Source: Calditrichia bacterium (lineage in GTDB: Bacteria > Calditrichota > Calditrichia > RBG-13-44-9 > J075). From it: a stretch of 64,000 nt of DNA. Positions 37,749-47,097 of this stretch are shown one piece after another. Position 1 is the stretch's first letter. Each line of letters starts with the position of its first letter. The position numbers and the translations under genes were made by a program. Under the pieces are notes generated by a model that saw nothing but the letters and a program-made list of their open reading frames with translations, searched no databases and was not told the DNA's origin. Where the stretch lies: NCBI GenBank assembly GCA_050633245.1, contig JBOEGD010000024.1:331799-395798 (forward strand). The letters are read 5' to 3'.

Positions 37749-39875
37749 TTATTTGAGCAAAATCATCCTGCGTGTTTGCTGCGAATTTCTGTTTTCGAGA
37801 CGGTAGAGGTAAATTCCACTTGCGACTTCGATATTATTTATATCCCTGCCATTCCAAACAACTTTATACGTACCGGCAATTAGGTCCCGATCGACAAGCC
37901 GTTGAATAGTTTGCCCGAGAACATTATAGATCGTTAAGGTTGTCTGTCCACCTTGCAGAAGGCTAAATCGAATCGTCGTCTCCGGATTGAACGGATTGGG
38001 GTAATTGCTGAATAATTCGAATTCTTTGGGGTGCTTTGCATCGGTAATGTCTTCAATGCCTACCGGGATCGTTGTTCGCTTCAAAATATTACCAACAGGA
38101 TCACAGAGCCAGCCGTTATTCGCATCAAGGAATGTAAAGTTGTTTGCGATGCCACCTGTGATCAGTGTTTCTTCCAGCCAGGTTGCGCCATTATCTGTTG
38201 AGCGCAGCATCTTTGATTTGAAGTTGACCGATCCAACGGCCCAAATTGTATTGCCTTCTACAATAGTAAATCGCGAAATTTGGGGGTCAAAATTCGGGTT
38301 TAGCAACGTCCAGTTTGTACCGCCATCAACTGTCTTGTACATCTTATTGTCAGATAATATCCATCCGGTATTGGCATCTGCAAAATAGACCTGCTGGATG
38401 TTTGTTGTAACGGGAGCGGTGAGAGGGGTCCAGTTTGTACCGCCATCAGTGGTGCTGAGCAGGGTTCCGCTATATCCAGCTAACCACCCGGTATTCTCGT
38501 CGATAAAGTGGATATCTAACATGAATAAACCTGTCCCCCCACCATTGATTACGTTCCAGGTGAGCCCACTATCAGTCGTTTTTACCAGATGGTCACCGAG
38601 CGCCTGTACATAGCCCACGTTGACAGACGGAAAAGAACAGCTAAAGTAATTAGAAGAACCACTGGCAATGGCAAGAGTATCCCAGGTTGCAGCATTGTCC
38701 AGTGTGCGATACACATAGCCATTAACAGTAACGAAAAATGCACTGTTGGCATCCGGGCATGCAAATTCAAATATTCCCCAGGTTGCGTCTTGCACCTTCA
38801 CCCAGTTTTCGCCACCATCTGTTGTGCGGAGAATGTCCCCCTCGTTGCCGGCAGCCCATCCATTGTTTGCATCGAGCATCTCAATGGCGTTTAGCTGTTC
38901 AAAGCTCGCTCGGGAAAAGGAGCTGTCCCAGGTCGTTCCTCCATCTGTCGAATTGTATATCACTCCGCGGGTTCCAGCAATAATAATCGTATTTGCGTCA
39001 AGAAGCTCTCCGGTGTAAAAAAATTCTTCTGTATTGGTCGTGAGTTGATTCCATGTGCTTCCTCCATCTGAGGTTTTTACTACATAGCCATTTGATGCTA
39101 CGGCGAGACCATTGTTGCTATCGTAGAAATTAATATTGTAGAATACCTGACTGGTTGTGCCGGTAGGTTGGATCGACCAGTTAACTCCTCCATCAGTAGA
39201 TTTCATTATTGTGCCGAAAGCACCTGAGGCGAAGCCGGTATTGGCATCTATAAATTCGACTGATCGCAGTGTCGGGCCGGTACTCTGAATTTCTGTCCAG
39301 TTCAGCCCACCATCAATCGTGGTATAGATTGCACCGAAATTGCCAACAGCCCAGCCGTTATTTGCATCGATAAAGTGGAGATCGTTAATAAAGTTTGAAG
39401 CCGTAATAGGATAGGATGTGAAGGTGGCACCTCCATCAACTGTCTTTAAAATCTGTGCGCCATTTCCTGCTACCCAACCGGTACTATGATCGATAAAGAA
39501 AATAGCATTGTAGCCGAGGTAGGTGTTCGTTTGCGTCTTTGTCCAGTTTAAGCCACCGTTCGTAGTTTTCATAACCCGATCGCCATCCCCGACCGCCCAG
39601 CCGGTATTGGCATCGATGAAGTAGATATTCTCGAAATCATTAAAATCGTCATCATAAATATCATGAATAACTTCCCAGGTCGTTCCGGCATCTGTACTGC
39701 GCATGAATGTCGAGGCATCTCCGGAAGCGTAGATAGTATTTGCATCAATGACTTGCATATCGAGTATGCGATTACCCTGAGGTAGGGGCATTTGCCAATC
39801 CCACTTGTTTTGAGCTTGGATGGATAAACTTATAAAAAACAAAATAATAAAGGCTGGAATTGCTCGATTCATCAT
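37749..39875 (-). CDS. YCF48/BNR-repeat beta-propeller protein with T9SS type-A/FlgD-Ig-like CTD
   Basis: Many F.DANTGW.VG...I.KT.DGG..W repeats; NYPNPFNPET CTD. Confidence 0.88.
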   Translation of the reverse strand: MMNRAIPAFIILFFISLSIQAQNKWDWQMPLPQGNRILDMQVIDANTIYASGDASTFMRSTDAGTTWEVIHDIYDDDFNDFENIYFIDANTGWAVGDGDRVMKTTNGGLNWTKTQTNTYLGYNAIFFIDHSTGWVAGNGAQILKTVDGGATFTSYPITASNFINDLHFIDANNGWAVGNFGAIYTTIDGGLNWTEIQSTGPTLRSVEFIDANTGFASGAFGTIMKSTDGGVNWSIQPTGTTSQVFYNINFYDSNNGLAVASNGYVVKTSDGGSTWNQLTTNTEEFFYTGELLDANTIIIAGTRGVIYNSTDGGTTWDSSFSRASFEQLNAIEMLDANNGWAAGNEGDILRTTDGGENWVKVQDATWGIFEFACPDANSAFFVTVNGYVYRTLDNAATWDTLAIASGSSNYFSCSFPSVNVGYVQALGDHLVKTTDSGLTWNVINGGGTGLFMLDIHFIDENTGWLAGYSGTLLSTTDGGTNWTPLTAPVTTNIQQVYFADANTGWILSDNKMYKTVDGGTNWTLLNPNFDPQISRFTIVEGNTIWAVGSVNFKSKMLRSTDNGATWLEETLITGGIANNFTFLDANNGWLCDPVGNILKRTTIPVGIEDITDAKHPKEFELFSNYPNPFNPETTIRFSLLQGGQTTLTIYNVLGQTIQRLVDRDLIAGTYKVVWNGRDINNIEVASGIYLYRLENRNSQQTRRMILLK

Positions 39876-40008
39876 TGTTCTCCTTATCGTGATTGCGAGT
39901 GATAATTGTAATGATGAAATCTAATGGACTGGCTTGATCCGATCTAACACGCCCCGGACAATTTTTGACACGGGAGCGCAGTGGGAGTGTTAAAAGGAGG
40001 AATTCTGT

Positions 40009-41328
40009 CTAAATGATGTTTGATCCTTCAGAGCGAAGCGAAATCGTTACGGTTGTTCCTTCATCAATAGTGCTTTCAATTTCAATAGTACCATTGTGAG
40101 CCTCAACAATCGTTTTGCAGATGCTCATTCCAAGTCCGTAACCGCCAGTCTCACGCGAGCGAGATTTGTCGACTCGATAGAAAGGGTCGAAAATATGCGG
40201 AAGATGCTCAGCAGGTATGCCTTCGCCAAAGTCCTTGATGATAACAAAGATGTGCGCACTGGTTCTCGTCAGAGATACATGCACAGTCTTGCTCGATTGT
40301 GCGGAATACTTCAGGCTGTTTTCCAATAAATTTTTAACGACAGTTTTAATTCGCGCAGCATCCAATACAGCCGGGCAGGATTCCGGTAAATATGCGGTTT
40401 GAATCCCCGGTTTCATGTTTTGGAAGCCGACTGCGACATCGCGAATAAGTTGTGCCAGGTTAACCTCCTGCAATTCCAAGCCGCCATTTGGACTGGCAAG
40501 TCGTTCCGCTTCCAATATTTCACTAATCATTTTATCCATCTCGTTTAAATCTTCCAGCAAGCTCTCTTTTCGCTGCACATCCTGCAGAAACTCAAGTTCT
40601 ACCTTCATGCGAGTGAGTGGAGAACGCATTTCATGGCTAACGTCCAGTAAGAGACGTTCACGCGCGCTAATCATCTGCTGAACCCGGCTGGTCATATGAT
40701 TAAACGATTCTGATAAGCGTCCCAACTCGTCTTCACTATCCACGGGGATTTTATGTGTTAGCTGTCCATTGCTGATGAATTCAACACCAGTATTTAGTTG
40801 ATGAATTGGGCGAAATATTTTGCGAATAAAGAAGTAGGCCCCGGCAAGGATAGCTGAAATTACCAGCGCCAAAATGACTAAAAGCTCTTCCCGGAAAGCA
40901 CCGGGCTGCCAAAAGCTGCCGCTGAATAGAAATGTAGTGTCTCCGGCTTCCCTTAGTAGAAAAAAACGACCGCGTCGCCAATCATACGTGTTGCCTGTTT
41001 CCTCGCTTCGTTGCTTGTAAAAACTTAGCGGCTTCTCTTGTGAATTGCTACTCCAAGCTACATTGGAATGTTCTATTGCAATATTAATATTTAGATCTCG
41101 TGACAATCGTGCTGCCAACATCGTATCTGGTGGACTGCCAATTGAGCTGATTAGGTAGTCACTGTATTTCATCAGATGCGTTTCTGAGAAGCTGTTGAGG
41201 TTAGAAGGAAAAGCAGTTTTATAGAAAATCCCCAAAGCCATGCTGATTGCAAACCAGGTTGCAAAGAGCGTCAGCAAGAGCTTAAGAAAAATGGAGCGGT
41301 TTACTTTTTTAAAAAGTTTAGTCAGCAT
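40009..41328 (-). CDS. HAMP sensor histidine kinase (CpxA-like)
   Basis: 2 TM; HAMP (DELGRLSESFNHM); DVSHEMRSPL; NLLENSLKY; GGYGLGMSI. Confidence 0.92.
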   Translation of the reverse strand: MLTKLFKKVNRSIFLKLLLTLFATWFAISMALGIFYKTAFPSNLNSFSETHLMKYSDYLISSIGSPPDTMLAARLSRDLNINIAIEHSNVAWSSNSQEKPLSFYKQRSEETGNTYDWRRGRFFLLREAGDTTFLFSGSFWQPGAFREELLVILALVISAILAGAYFFIRKIFRPIHQLNTGVEFISNGQLTHKIPVDSEDELGRLSESFNHMTSRVQQMISARERLLLDVSHEMRSPLTRMKVELEFLQDVQRKESLLEDLNEMDKMISEILEAERLASPNGGLELQEVNLAQLIRDVAVGFQNMKPGIQTAYLPESCPAVLDAARIKTVVKNLLENSLKYSAQSSKTVHVSLTRTSAHIFVIIKDFGEGIPAEHLPHIFDPFYRVDKSRSRETGGYGLGMSICKTIVEAHNGTIEIESTIDEGTTVTISLRSEGSNII

Positions 41329-42013
41329 TCTCTTCCTCTCCGATAAACACATAGCCGGTTCCCCAAATAGTACGGAAAAACCTTGGCTTTTTAGGATCGT
41401 CTTGTAGTTTTCGTCTCAGGCGACTTATCATAACGTCTACCGAGCGATTGAACGCATCCCATTCGATGCCGCGAGTATAGTCAAGAATCTGATCGCGATT
41501 AAATACACGCCCGGGGCTTTGGGTAAAGAGGCTGAGAATTTCAAACTCGGCAGTTGTCAGATCTAATACCTGATCTCCAAGCTTAACCAGTCGTTTGCTA
41601 TAGTGTATATAAAGCTCTCCGAAGCTATGCGAATCTGATGATGAAATTTCTGTTTTGCGTCGCAATATACTCTGCATGCGTGCTACCAACTCGCGTGGTT
41701 CAAAAGGTTTGGGAAGATAATCGTCTGCACCAATCTCAAGACCTACGATTCTGTCAGTAACATCCCCGCGAGCAGTTAGCATGATTATCGGAACAGATGA
41801 TTCTTTGCGAATGCGTTTACATACCTCGAAACCATCGGTGTCGGGAAGCATAACATCGAGAATAACCAAATCCGGTTTTTCTCGCTGTAATAGCTTCATG
41901 CCTTCCTCGGGGTGAGCCGCGGCGATAACCTGGTAGTTGAAGCCGGTTAAATAATCTTTCAACAGGCGAATCAACTTTTTATCATCATCGATAATGAGAA
42001 TCGTTTCGTTCAT
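41318..42013 (-). CDS. OmpR-family response regulator (CpxR-like)
   Basis: IIDDD, LDVMLP, GADDYLPKPF, RSVDVMISRLRRK, TIWGTGY. Confidence 0.93.
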   Translation of the reverse strand: MNETILIIDDDKKLIRLLKDYLTGFNYQVIAAAHPEEGMKLLQREKPDLVILDVMLPDTDGFEVCKRIRKESSVPIIMLTARGDVTDRIVGLEIGADDYLPKPFEPRELVARMQSILRRKTEISSSDSHSFGELYIHYSKRLVKLGDQVLDLTTAEFEILSLFTQSPGRVFNRDQILDYTRGIEWDAFNRSVDVMISRLRRKLQDDPKKPRFFRTIWGTGYVFIGEEENAD

Positions 42014-42092
42014 TTTATGCTCCAACGGTGTGCTCTTAAATAAAGCCTTCTGCTGCTTTGTTGCAAGAGAGAAGTCGCTATATAAACTGCGT

Positions 42093-42120
42093 CTGCCCGC
42101 AAGGGGTATGTTGCGGGCAG
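42093..42120. terminator. hairpin between the cpxP-like gene and the regulator
   Basis: CTGCCCGCAA-N8-TTGCGGGCAG. Confidence 0.6.
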
Positions 42121-42164
42121 GGCAGCGGGGGATATATGGTTATTCGAAGACAAGGTCTTCTACG

Positions 42165-42626
42165 TTATTTCCTGCGATGGTTGCGCCGTTTGTTCAATTT
42201 CTGCAGCTTCTGAGTCAACTTCTCACGCTGCTCTGAATTTAAGCTGGCGTGGAAGTCACCCATCTTTGCAAGCAGGGTTTTGCGGAGCAGCTGAAAATCT
42301 GATTCTTTCTGAGTAAAAAGACTATCCAGTGCTTCTCCATTAAACTCGTCGCTGGTTGCTTCTGCAAGCAGGGCATCGCCGATTTCAAATCGACTATTTC
42401 TTAAGTTTTTACCCTTCGTCAATAATTCTGTTTTGACCTCCTGCAACATTGCCTGTTGCGCGGCATTTAGCGAAAGTTCAGAGGTAGCTCGCTTTATCAT
42501 ATACTGAGCACGCTTTTCCATCCGGGATTCGTTAAAATGTCCTCCACGAGCATGAGAAAAAGACTTGATTCCGGCGAAGAGCGTAAGGGTGCCGATGATG
42601 ATGAGTAAAATTGATTTGATAAACAT
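42165..42626 (-). CDS. Spy/CpxP family periplasmic protein
   Basis: Signal peptide; LTxxQ-like motifs LSLNAAQQ and SLNSEQREKL; all-helical. Confidence 0.82.
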   Translation of the reverse strand: MFIKSILLIIIGTLTLFAGIKSFSHARGGHFNESRMEKRAQYMIKRATSELSLNAAQQAMLQEVKTELLTKGKNLRNSRFEIGDALLAEATSDEFNGEALDSLFTQKESDFQLLRKTLLAKMGDFHASLNSEQREKLTQKLQKLNKRRNHRRK

Positions 42627-42707
42627 AATAATTCTCCTTTTTAGTCGTGCTTTAGTGTTGCGTTCAGTAGAAGGATACGAAGCCGATGTAAATCGATAAT
42701 GTCTGAA

Positions 42708-42726
42708 TTGTAACAGTTTGTAACAG
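42708..42726 (-). promoter_or_regulatory. putative OmpR/CpxR-type tandem operator
   Basis: TTGTAACAG repeated with a 10-bp period about 80 nt upstream of the cpxP-like gene. Confidence 0.6.
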
Positions 42727-42849
42727 GAGGCAGTCGTGTCGTGCTGTGTCTTGACTAGGACAGTAAAACAATTGCGAAATCGGCTAAAAAATTGGGAAAG
42801 ATTGGAAAGTCCGTTAAATTAGGCGAATTAGAAACCATCAGGAGATAAG

Positions 42850-44178
42850 GTGAACACAAAATATTTCCCGGAAGTTACATCCCGTATTTCGTTTGAGGGT
42901 GCATCCTCTCGCAATCCTCTTGCCTTTAAATATTATCAAGCTGAAAAAAAGGTTGGTAATAAAACGATGGCTGAGCACCTGCGCTTTGCCATTGCCTATT
43001 GGCATACCTTCAGTGCAGACGGCCGTGATATGTTTGGAGCGCCATCCTTTCAGCGCAATTGGCATACAAGCTCTAACTCCATGGATAGAGCGCGGCACAC
43101 TCTTGATGCAGCATTCGAGTTTTTTGAGAAGCTGGGTGCGAACTATTATTGCTTTCACGATCGCGATATTGCACCGGAAGGAAACACGTTTGCCGAATCC
43201 TGCAAAAATTTACATGTAATGACCGATATCGCACAGGCCCTACAGCAACAAACCGGCGTGAAACTGCTTTGGGGAACCGCAAACCTTTTTAGCCATCCAA
43301 TATATGCTCATGGTGCGGCAACAAACCCCGATGCCCATGTCTTTGCTCATGCCGCCGCTCAGGTAAAGCACGCGATTGAGGTAACGAAAAAACTCGGTGG
43401 TGAAAACTATGTGTTCTGGGGAGGTCGCGAAGGCTATAGTACTCTTTTGAATACGCGTCTGAAGCAAGAACAGGAACAGCTTGCGCGTTTTCTACATATG
43501 GCTGTAGACTATAAGAAAAAAATTGGTTTTACCGGTCAATTCTTAATCGAACCCAAGCCAAAAGAACCGACAAAACATCAATACGATACCGACTCTGCAA
43601 CGACAATCTCATTTCTGCGCGAGTACGATTTGCTGGAGCATTTTAAGCTGAATATTGAGGCGAATCATGCCACTTTAGCCGGGAACAGCTTTGAGCACGA
43701 GCTGGCGGTCGCTTCTATTGCCGGAAAGTTGGGTAGTGTAGATGCGAACCGAGGAGATCTGCTTCTGGGCTGGGACACCGATCAATTTCCGACCGATATC
43801 TACGATACAACAAAGGCCATGATGATCATTCTGAAACAGGGTGGTCTTGGTAGCGGCGGACTAAACTTTGATGCCAAACCGCGGCGTGGCTCAGTCGATA
43901 ACGTGGATCTCTTTCACGCACATATTGGCGGTATGGATGCCTTTGCGCATGGTTTAGAGATCGCCTATCGTATAATTGAAAGTGGTGTGCTAAAGTCCAT
44001 TGTGAATAAACGCTATGCGAGTTGGGAAAATGAAATCGGTAAAAAAATTCTGGAAGGCAGCGCTTCTCTGGAAGATACCGAGAGATATATCTTGCAGCAT
44101 GGTGCGCCTTCAGCAAAAAGTGGCAGGCAGGAAATTCTGGAAAATATCCTGAACGATTTTATTTTTCGAGCTGATTGA
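42850..44178 (+). CDS. xylA: xylose isomerase
   Basis: LRFAIAYWHTF, FHDRD, WGGREGY, IEPKPKEPTKHQYD, NIEANHA, GWDTDQF, NFDAK. Confidence 0.97.
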   Translation: MNTKYFPEVTSRISFEGASSRNPLAFKYYQAEKKVGNKTMAEHLRFAIAYWHTFSADGRDMFGAPSFQRNWHTSSNSMDRARHTLDAAFEFFEKLGANYYCFHDRDIAPEGNTFAESCKNLHVMTDIAQALQQQTGVKLLWGTANLFSHPIYAHGAATNPDAHVFAHAAAQVKHAIEVTKKLGGENYVFWGGREGYSTLLNTRLKQEQEQLARFLHMAVDYKKKIGFTGQFLIEPKPKEPTKHQYDTDSATTISFLREYDLLEHFKLNIEANHATLAGNSFEHELAVASIAGKLGSVDANRGDLLLGWDTDQFPTDIYDTTKAMMIILKQGGLGSGGLNFDAKPRRGSVDNVDLFHAHIGGMDAFAHGLEIAYRIIESGVLKSIVNKRYASWENEIGKKILEGSASLEDTERYILQHGAPSAKSGRQEILENILNDFIFRAD

Positions 44179-44187
44179 TGTTGTGGA

Positions 44188-44293
44188 TGAAAAGTGAAAA
44201 GTGAAACGGGAAACGTGAGAAGTGAAACGTGAAAAGTGAAAAGTGAAACGTGAAACGTGAAAAGTGAAAAGGCAATAAGGCAATAAGGCAATA
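44188..44293. repeat. tandem array TGAAA(A/C)G x12 then GGCAATAA x3
   Basis: Direct reading; lies between convergent xylA and xylB. Confidence 0.9.
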
Positions 44294-44297
44294 TATA

Positions 44298-44323
44298 TAA
44301 GCCCATGACTTTAGTCGTGGGTG
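44298..44323. repeat. REP/IS200-end-like hairpin
   Basis: TAA-GCCCATGACT-TT-AGTCGTGGGT; overlaps the xylB stop codon. Confidence 0.55.
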
Positions 44324-45804
44324 TATTGCTCACCGTTCACCAGCGCTTGCCACTTCGAGTAAGACTCTGTCTGAGCCTGCTTATTGGATAACGTTGGTGC
44401 TACCGTTTCCAACTTCTGCAAACCGATGAATGTCTCTTTGAACGACTTATAAAATCCTGCTCCATAAGCTGCTGCCCTTGCTGCCCCCTGAGCGCCATCA
44501 GTATCGTAGAGCTCTATCGCGACACCGGTAACATCAGCAAGCGTTTGCCTGAAGACCGGGCTCAGAAACATATTCGCTCTTCCGGCGCGAATAACGTCCG
44601 GCTGCAAGCCAATTTCCTGCATGATTTGCATACCATAAAAAAAAGAATAGGCAACCCCTTCCTGAACGGCTCTGGCAAGATGCTTATCTTTATGCACATT
44701 GAAGCTCAATCCATTAAAACTCGCGCCCGGCGATGCATTTTGCAAAATCCGCTCGGCACCATTTCCCCAAGGCAAAAAGCTGAGGCCATCGCAACCTATT
44801 GGCGCGGTTTCGGCAAGTGCATTCATTTTAGCATATGAAAGATTGCCCGGAAGCTGTTTACGCAGCCAGCTATTACTGATTCCGGTTCCGTTCAGGCATA
44901 ATAATACGCCCAGCCTTGGCTGTTCGGGCGTGTAGTTTACGTGCGCAAAGGTGTTGATTCGTGAGAGTGGATCAAATTTCACGGCATCCGTTACTGCGTA
45001 AACTACGCCGGATGTGCCGGCTGTAGCGGCAATTTCACCGGGGTTCAATACGTTTAAAGAGAAGGCATTATTTGGTTGATCGCCGGCGCGATAGGTGATT
45101 GGCGTACCCGGTTTTAGTCCGATCACGGCTGCTGCATCTTTGCTAAGGCTAGCTTGCTTTCCGAAAGAGGGAATGATCTCTGGAAGCAGCTGTTCTTCAA
45201 CTTCATAATAATCCAGCAAAATCTTCGCTACATCGCGATTCGCAAAATTCCAGAGAATCCCCTCTGATAGTCCGGTAGTCGTAGTGCCGAGTTCCCCACT
45301 TAGCCTCATGGCGATATAGTCTCCCGGAAGCATCATTTTATGAATCTTTGAATACACGTCCGGCTCATTTTCTTTAACCCAGCGTAGTTTTGAGGCGGTA
45401 AAATTACCCGGCGAATTCAATAACTGCTCCAGACAGGATTCTGCACCAATTCCCTCAAATGCGTTTCGCCCGATGTCTACTGCTCTGCTATCGCACCAGA
45501 TTATCGCCGGCCGTAATACCTGCTGTTCATGGTCGACAATTACCAGTCCGTGCATTTGGTAGGAGATGCCAATCCCGCCGATCGCGTCTTTAGCAACGGT
45601 GGATTCGGTAAGCAAGTTCAGTGTCGTTTGCTGAATCCCTTCCCACCAGATTTCGGGATCCTGCTCTGCCCATCCGGCTTGCTTAGCGCTCATTGGTTGT
45701 TCGCTTTCCGGATAGACTGCGTTTGCAACAGCTTTTCCAGTGTTGCCATCCAGCAAAGTTGCTTTGATAAAAGAACTGCCGATATCATAGCCGATAAAGT
45801 ACAT
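44311..45804 (-). CDS. xylB: xylulokinase (FGGY family)
   Basis: GYDIGSS, GWAEQDP, ISYQMHG, IIWCDSR, RAGDQPNNA, AGTSGV; next to xylA. Confidence 0.93.
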   Translation of the reverse strand: MYFIGYDIGSSFIKATLLDGNTGKAVANAVYPESEQPMSAKQAGWAEQDPEIWWEGIQQTTLNLLTESTVAKDAIGGIGISYQMHGLVIVDHEQQVLRPAIIWCDSRAVDIGRNAFEGIGAESCLEQLLNSPGNFTASKLRWVKENEPDVYSKIHKMMLPGDYIAMRLSGELGTTTTGLSEGILWNFANRDVAKILLDYYEVEEQLLPEIIPSFGKQASLSKDAAAVIGLKPGTPITYRAGDQPNNAFSLNVLNPGEIAATAGTSGVVYAVTDAVKFDPLSRINTFAHVNYTPEQPRLGVLLCLNGTGISNSWLRKQLPGNLSYAKMNALAETAPIGCDGLSFLPWGNGAERILQNASPGASFNGLSFNVHKDKHLARAVQEGVAYSFFYGMQIMQEIGLQPDVIRAGRANMFLSPVFRQTLADVTGVAIELYDTDGAQGAARAAAYGAGFYKSFKETFIGLQKLETVAPTLSNKQAQTESYSKWQALVNGEQYTHD

Positions 45805-45979
45805 AAATGCTCCAATTTAATAGACTGATAACAGGGCTATTGCATATGTTCGAGATAATGATGAAATTTACACCGCTGCCTGGTTCTACCAACTCTCATT
45901 ATTTTCTTTTTCAGCAAAAGATGAAAAGTGCAAAATAGTATACAAAGTCTATTATCCTTTCAAAAAATCAGGTAATAAA

Positions 45980-46267
45980 ATGAACATTTTTCTGAAGTGG
46001 TCCGGCCTCGTTTCTATCATCGTAATGGTAAGTACTTTATTAATTGCATTAACTATGATGTGGTCTCCAGACTGGATGTCTAAAGATGTAACACCACTCT
46101 CCCAACGTTTAACGCAGATTGTCGGTTTGGCTGGGATCATTCTTGGAATAGTCGGAGGGCCGCTGATGATCGCTCTCGGACATTGGGAGGCTACGCCCAT
46201 GTTTTTTCGTGGAGCGAGTATTGTAGCTTTTATTTTAGGCGCAATTGCTGCATTTCGAATGTTTTAG
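45980..46267 (+). CDS. small membrane protein (3 TM)
   Basis: Three hydrophobic helices; CAGG upstream of ATG. Confidence 0.6.
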   Translation: MNIFLKWSGLVSIIVMVSTLLIALTMMWSPDWMSKDVTPLSQRLTQIVGLAGIILGIVGGPLMIALGHWEATPMFFRGASIVAFILGAIAAFRMF

Positions 46268-46308
46268 CAAGTCGCAACAGCAACTTTTCTTGCTGCAACT
46301 TATACTGT

Positions 46309-47097
46309 TCAAAAATCTTTTGCCAGAAATTTTTTCAGGGCTAAGCGATAAGGGATGTAAAACCAAAGTATCAGCAGGGCAGAGCTGACGCCTATCCCCA
46401 CTATGCTGCCGAAAAAACGATGAAAAATAGCTCCGGTGTAGCCCATGAGAGCTGCTATGTCCATTTCCATTAGCAATAGAACTCTTGCCAAATCTACCGG
46501 ATTTAGAGCGGTTAAAACAATAAGGGCATTTTCCAGCGGGTAGTTGCTCATAAGAATGGTTATAAACAGGACCATCGCGTCATACAGAATCACCAGTGTC
46601 AGCCAGACAATTAACGTTATTCCAAATCCACGTAGCCTGTCATCAAAGCGCAGTGCAATCAGAAAAGAAATCGCAACAAAAATTGCCGTGAGCATCATTC
46701 CACATAAGATCAATAAAGTCAGGACGCTGATGTTTTGGGCTGAGTAGGTATAATGAGTAAGAAATGGAATGAGTACACCAATAAAAAAGCCGATAACCAA
46801 TGGACCTGTAAGACCGGTGTATAGGCCAACGAAGAGTGTTTTCCGGTGAATCGGTTGAGCGAGCATCATTTCAATATATTCACGTGCTCCATAGAGATAA
46901 ATCACTCCAAATGTTATGCTCATAAGCGGGATAATAGTAATAATTAAGTTCAAAAGACTAAGAAGAACTTTACTGTCGTCTCCCAAACGAAATAGCACTT
47001 CCGTAATTCCCCAAAAGAATAAACCGTACAGGATAACCCAACGATTACGTGCAACATTTTGCAGTTCATAAGGTAGTAGCTTCGTAAGCGTTGTCAT
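46309..47097 (-). CDS. nosY: NosY ABC permease
   Basis: Multi-TM; REYIEMMLAQP, LNPVDLARV, ALMGYTGA; nos cluster context. Confidence 0.9.
   Translation of the reverse strand: MTTLTKLLPYELQNVARNRWVILYGLFFWGITEVLFRLGDDSKVLLSLLNLIITIIPLMSITFGVIYLYGAREYIEMMLAQPIHRKTLFVGLYTGLTGPLVIGFFIGVLIPFLTHYTYSAQNISVLTLLILCGMMLTAIFVAISFLIALRFDDRLRGFGITLIVWLTLVILYDAMVLFITILMSNYPLENALIVLTALNPVDLARVLLLMEMDIAALMGYTGAIFHRFFGSIVGIGVSSALLILWFYIPYRLALKKFLAKDF

Noticed and set aside
37562-37756. 64-aa ORF
   Set aside because: Overlaps the second tRNA and its terminator; no coding features.
44013-44333. ORF with FTFHVSL repeats
   Set aside because: Reading of the heptamer array; overlaps xylA in antisense.
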